Source of the DNA: a virus
Lineage: Duplodnaviria; Caudoviricetes
Direction: 5' to 3' (one strand)
IMG/VR virus record: IMGVR_UViG_3300032024_000077
Location: 1 to 59,096 of that record
Length of the DNA: 59,096 nt
A program made the translations under genes and the position numbers. Positions 55,612 through 59,096 of this stretch are shown here, piece by piece (position 1 is the stretch's first letter; every line of letters starts with the position of its first letter). The notes under the pieces are model-generated. The model was not told the origin of the DNA, did not search any database, and saw only the letters and a program-made list of their open reading frames with translations.

Positions 55612-55985
55612 TCTGCTGCCTCCAGGTTCATCTGTCCCGCGACCCAGCCCGCCAGGTCGACGATGTTGTAGAACACGGGAATCCCCACCTTCTTGGCCAT
55701 CGCTTCCTCGCCGCGGGCGCCGCGCGACTTCTCCCAGCCTTCCATCATGAGGACCGCGTTGCACCGGAGCATCAGCTCCAACGTAGCGTCGATCCACCAC
55801 TGCCAGTCCTGAATCTTGTCCATGTGCTGCGTGTTGGTGTGCGGCACGACGGGGTAGACGCCCAGTGTTGCCACCTGACAGCCCACGAGCCAGGCGGCGT
55901 GGATGTTGGCAGTGCGTCCCTCGATAGTGGGCGCTGAGTAGGGCCCGGCGACGTAGACGAGATCGATGTACTTCGGCTCAGCCAT
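55608..55985 (-). CDS. Nucleoside 2-deoxyribosyltransferase-like (DUF4406/DUF1937) protein
   Basis: VYVAGPYS...CNAVLMMEGWEKSRGARGE. Confidence 0.75.
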   Translation of the reverse strand: MAEPKYIDLVYVAGPYSAPTIEGRTANIHAAWLVGCQVATLGVYPVVPHTNTQHMDKIQDWQWWIDATLELMLRCNAVLMMEGWEKSRGARGEEAMAKKVGIPVFYNIVDLAGWVAGQMNLEAAE

Positions 55986-56368
55986 CAGACTGTCTCCCAC
56001 GGATAGGATCCGCTGTTGTGCGCTTTGCGGGCGGCGCGGAGATCCGCGCGCGTCGGGACCGGAACTTCTTTGATAATATCCGCGACTGAGTAGATGTGCC
56101 CATTCCAGCAGTCCACGAGCCCGCAGTCCACGAACCCGCGCGGTGTTACTGTTAGTGCGGCGCCGTTGTAGCACACACAGGCGCCCGTCAGCGCGGTGAT
56201 GATCCACTCCAGCCACTGCACACCGTCCGGCGCGTGCGGCAAAGCTTTCCACGCTTGCGCGATCGTCTTGAACTGTCGCGCCCAAGCCACAGCCGGCCCG
56301 CAGGCGTACAATTCCTCCAAGTCGTCGTGCCAGGTAGTCTTCGCCTTTGTTTTCTTTGACTTGCTCAT
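55985..56368 (-). CDS. Hypothetical protein
   Basis: Coupled ORF. Confidence 0.55.
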   Translation of the reverse strand: MSKSKKTKAKTTWHDDLEELYACGPAVAWARQFKTIAQAWKALPHAPDGVQWLEWIITALTGACVCYNGAALTVTPRGFVDCGLVDCWNGHIYSVADIIKEVPVPTRADLRAARKAHNSGSYPWETV

Positions 56369-56892
56369 TTGCTTCGTCCTTCCACCCAGGCACGACAGTG
56401 TGTGTAGCGTTGAATCGAGTCTTCGATGTCGAACATCGCGCGGTGCGCAAGCTCCGAAGCGTTCGGATACGGCATGCCCATCGACGCGCAGAAAGCCGTG
56501 ATGGCCGACGTGTCGAACACGCGGTGGCTCAGGCGATCAGCGATGCACGGCAAGTGACGGCGCAGGAAGCCCAGGTCGAAGTGGACGGACGCACCCGCCA
56601 GCACCGGCTTCTCAGCATCGTCGCCGATGAACTCGCGCAGGATGTCGTCGAACAGTTTCCCCACCGTCCACAAGCCCGGTGCGATCTTGCACTCGCGCAG
56701 CAGACCGTTGCTGGTGTGCATGCGCCGGATGAACTTGGACAAGCCGCCGCCACCGTGCCACACCGGCGTGTTGATCAGGTACTGTGTGACGGTGGGGTTC
56801 TCGATGCTTGCGCCGACTGCGGCGATCTCCAGGATGTCACAGGCGTTGGGGTCCAGCCCCGTCGTCTCCAGGTCCAACCAGATCAGCTTCAT
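56365..56892 (-). CDS. Oligoribonuclease-like DEDDh exonuclease
   Basis: IWLDLETTGLD, LAGASVHFD, HRAMFDI. Confidence 0.85.
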   Translation of the reverse strand: MKLIWLDLETTGLDPNACDILEIAAVGASIENPTVTQYLINTPVWHGGGGLSKFIRRMHTSNGLLRECKIAPGLWTVGKLFDDILREFIGDDAEKPVLAGASVHFDLGFLRRHLPCIADRLSHRVFDTSAITAFCASMGMPYPNASELAHRAMFDIEDSIQRYTHCRAWVEGRSK

Positions 56893-57452
56893 GACTTCAC
56901 CAGGGCCTTGGGAACCTCGTCGTTCTTCAGCGTGACCTTGAACAGCTGTCCGCTAGCACTGTGGAACACTACGATCCCCTCGGGGTCCATGAAGCCCGGT
57001 ACCGCGACGGAGCCACCAGCCGACAGCTGTTCGAGCGCGGCGTTGATGGCGAACTCGACGCGCGTGTCGATGACCAACGTCGGCACTACCTCACAGCACG
57101 CCGGCTTGTTCTCAGCGTTCCATCGGCCCACATTGAACAGCGCGAAGCGCTTGTGGTCGAGGCCGTAGCGGCGTTGAATACCGGCCCCGAACCATTCGCC
57201 ATAATGCGTCCCCGGGCCGAGCCCTGTCAACAGCTCCTCAGCGTTCTGGTTCACCCATGCTGCGAAACCGAAGTTGTCCTTTTCCAGCGTGAGCCACCTG
57301 TTTCGCGAGCCGGCGAACAGTCGCCCGTCGTCGGTGACGTGGACGATCCCATTGGAGCCATCGATCTTCTCGGTGATGATGACGGGGCGGTGGCGGAACC
57401 GTGGGATCTTGTTGAAGGCGCGAAACTCGGGAAAATCAGTGGTTGCGATCAT
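56889..57452 (-). CDS. RNA ligase (Rnl2/Rnl5-like nucleotidyltransferase domain)
   Basis: TEKIDGSN, GEWFG, FALFN, PEGIVV, FK. Confidence 0.8.
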   Translation of the reverse strand: MIATTDFPEFRAFNKIPRFRHRPVIITEKIDGSNGIVHVTDDGRLFAGSRNRWLTLEKDNFGFAAWVNQNAEELLTGLGPGTHYGEWFGAGIQRRYGLDHKRFALFNVGRWNAENKPACCEVVPTLVIDTRVEFAINAALEQLSAGGSVAVPGFMDPEGIVVFHSASGQLFKVTLKNDEVPKALVKS

Positions 57453-57916
57453 GGCTGCGGCTCTTTCTCGTTGGTCAAGATGTCTTCGAGCACGAATGCG
57501 AGGCAAGCGATGGCGTGCGCCAGGTGGTGCTCGCCGCTCTCGGGATCTTTGTTTTCGCCGGTAGCGTAGGCGGCGACGTGACGCAGCGCGGCGGCCAAGT
57601 AGCGGTGGCGCAGGTTGGGCACCTTCTGCCAGTTGTCGCGGTCGTACTTGGCGGCGCCGAACGTCAGCACGCGCACGTACTTGTCGAGCGCACGCCACTG
57701 CACCAGGCTCCAGTCGGGCTTGTCGGTGTCGTACTTGGAGCCGGGGGCGCACTTCGGCTTGTCGACCGGCACCAAGTCCTTCAGCGGAAAGCTGTCTAAG
57801 CTACCGTCGCTGCACCGCACGTGCGCGCACGGCGCACCGCCAAGTCCCGTGTACAGACGCGCCACCACCACCGCTGCCCCACCGCCCCGCACGACCACCG
57901 TGTCACCCACCTTCAT
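57449..57916 (-). CDS. dATP/dGTP diphosphohydrolase-domain protein (DUF5664-like)
   Basis: KYDTDKP..L, FGAAKY..DNW, RH, DPESG.HHLAHA. Confidence 0.85.
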   Translation of the reverse strand: MKVGDTVVVRGGGAAVVVARLYTGLGGAPCAHVRCSDGSLDSFPLKDLVPVDKPKCAPGSKYDTDKPDWSLVQWRALDKYVRVLTFGAAKYDRDNWQKVPNLRHRYLAAALRHVAAYATGENKDPESGEHHLAHAIACLAFVLEDILTNEKEPQP

Positions 57917-59096
57917 AGCTCACTCCACCTTTGCCCGTTGTGGGCGTCTATCGGAAGTACCAATTCTCTGCCACCTAGTAGAACCGGCTCGGCGAACACT
58001 TCTTGGATCAGCGACGACATTTTCTCAACATCGTCGTCGACCGTGTTCCAGTAGCCGGCGTCGTACACCATCGCACATATGTCGGCTCGCAGCCCCCTGT
58101 CGCGGCGAATCCGCTCAATCTTCGCCAGCTTAAGATTCATGATGTCGGCAGCGCCGCTCTGGATCGGGAAGTTCGCGTTCTCGGGCGGAGCCGGGGCATG
58201 CCCGAGCCACCGCTTGCGGCCCAGCACCGGGCTCTCCACGTAGCCCCTGGCGATGGTCAGGTCGAGCAGGTGAGCCTGGTGCTCGTAGTAGTCGCGGAAG
58301 CGACGCTTCATGGCGTCCAGCATGGCCTGGACGGCTGCCAGCGTGATGGGTGTCCCCTCACTGACGATCGAGGCGTAGACAGTGCTGACTTCGGCGAGGT
58401 AGCAGACGGCGAACACAGCCCGCTTCGCCAGCCCGCGCAGTTCTTTCTTGACTCGGTCGTCGGCTTTGAGGAACGCCTCACCGAACAGCATGATGGCGTT
58501 CGCAGTGTGGATGTCCCCGGACGGGTCGTTGCAGACTGCGATCATGTTCGCGTCGCCGCTCATGTACGCCGCGACGCGGAACTCCGCCTGCTTGATGTCG
58601 AAGCTGACCAGGGTTCGACCGGGGTCGGCCGTGTACAGGCTTCGGATACCACCGAAGCTCATTGACGGATCCGCGCGCGTGCTCGGCAGGTTCGCGAGGT
58701 TGGGGCCCTGGCTGCTCCATCTACCGCTGACCGTGCCGTACGAGAGCCACGTAGGCCGCACATGCCCGTCTTCGTGGACCTTGATCCGATCAACGTAGGT
58801 GCTGCGGCATTTGCGGGCTCGGCGAAAGTCGAGCACGTTCAGAGCGAAGCGCCCCAACCGCTCGTTGCCGCCGGCGGCATACGCGCGCAGCGACTCTTTG
58901 TTCAGCGTCGGAGCCCCGGAGGCAGAGCGGAAGCACACGTAGGCCCCAAGATGTTTGAAGAACGCCTCCTGAAGCTGCTTGGGCGACAGCACGTTCAGGT
59001 CCGGCATCCCAGCCAGCTCGGCGCACTCCAGTGCGATGCGCTCCTCGTCTTTCAGCAGCGCGGCACTGATCGTGGCGGCGCGCTCGCCGTCGAACC
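57913..59096 (-). CDS. DNA polymerase family A, polymerase domain (3' part)
   Basis: TVSGRWSS..PNLAN, motif A DIKQAEFR, motif B RGLAKRAVFAVCY, NFPIQSGAAD, motif C VYD. Confidence 0.92.
   Translation of the reverse strand, partial: FDGERAATISAALLKDEERIALECAELAGMPDLNVLSPKQLQEAFFKHLGAYVCFRSASGAPTLNKESLRAYAAGGNERLGRFALNVLDFRRARKCRSTYVDRIKVHEDGHVRPTWLSYGTVSGRWSSQGPNLANLPSTRADPSMSFGGIRSLYTADPGRTLVSFDIKQAEFRVAAYMSGDANMIAVCNDPSGDIHTANAIMLFGEAFLKADDRVKKELRGLAKRAVFAVCYLAEVSTVYASIVSEGTPITLAAVQAMLDAMKRRFRDYYEHQAHLLDLTIARGYVESPVLGRKRWLGHAPAPPENANFPIQSGAADIMNLKLAKIERIRRDRGLRADICAMVYDAGYWNTVDDDVEKMSSLIQEVFAEPVLLGGRELVLPIDAHNGQRWSEL
59042..59096. repeat. Terminal direct repeat (copy 2)
   Basis: Identical to bases 1-55. 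Confidence 0.95.

Noticed and set aside
56061-56089. GGAACTT-N16-GACTGA on the plus strand
   Set aside because: Intragenic and antisense with no downstream gene; may be chance, although an antisense promoter cannot be excluded
59042-59096. 55-bp terminal repeat as a biological DTR or att site
   Set aside because: It falls mid-gene in pol and its length matches a common assembler k-mer, so it is best explained as a circular overlap
57449-59096. Z-genome (2-aminoadenine) or 7-deazaguanine system
   Set aside because: The diphosphohydrolase and PolA are present, but no PurZ, DpdA or Que genes were recognised

Overview
This window looks like a complete, circularly permuted genome of a GC-rich tailed dsDNA phage of about 59,041 bp. 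Bases 1-55 repeat exactly at 59042-59096, and the DNA polymerase gene reads through that junction. The architecture is podovirus-like: terminase, portal, scaffold, capsid, tail adaptor/nozzle and three large ejection-type proteins, with no tape measure and no integrase seen. The replication module has a UDG-fused family A polymerase, two intein-containing helicases, an SNF2 helicase, a Sak4-like ATPase, an SSB-like protein, a PD-(D/E)XK nuclease, two adenine methyltransferases and a sigma70-family factor. Accessory genes include two tRNAs, a TrmH-like methyltransferase, a PRTase, an RNA ligase, an oligoribonuclease, GroES, a protease/phosphoesterase/SPFH cluster, and a dikinase-like gene paired with a CX5R phosphatase. 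The strongest unexplained signal is about 10 copies of an ECF-sigma-type promoter (GGAACTT-N15/16-G[T/A]C[T/A]NN). Five of them sit exactly 6 nt before an ATG (leaderless mRNAs), and others precede structured RNAs or unannotated microproteins. All product calls come from reading motifs by eye; no database searches were run.
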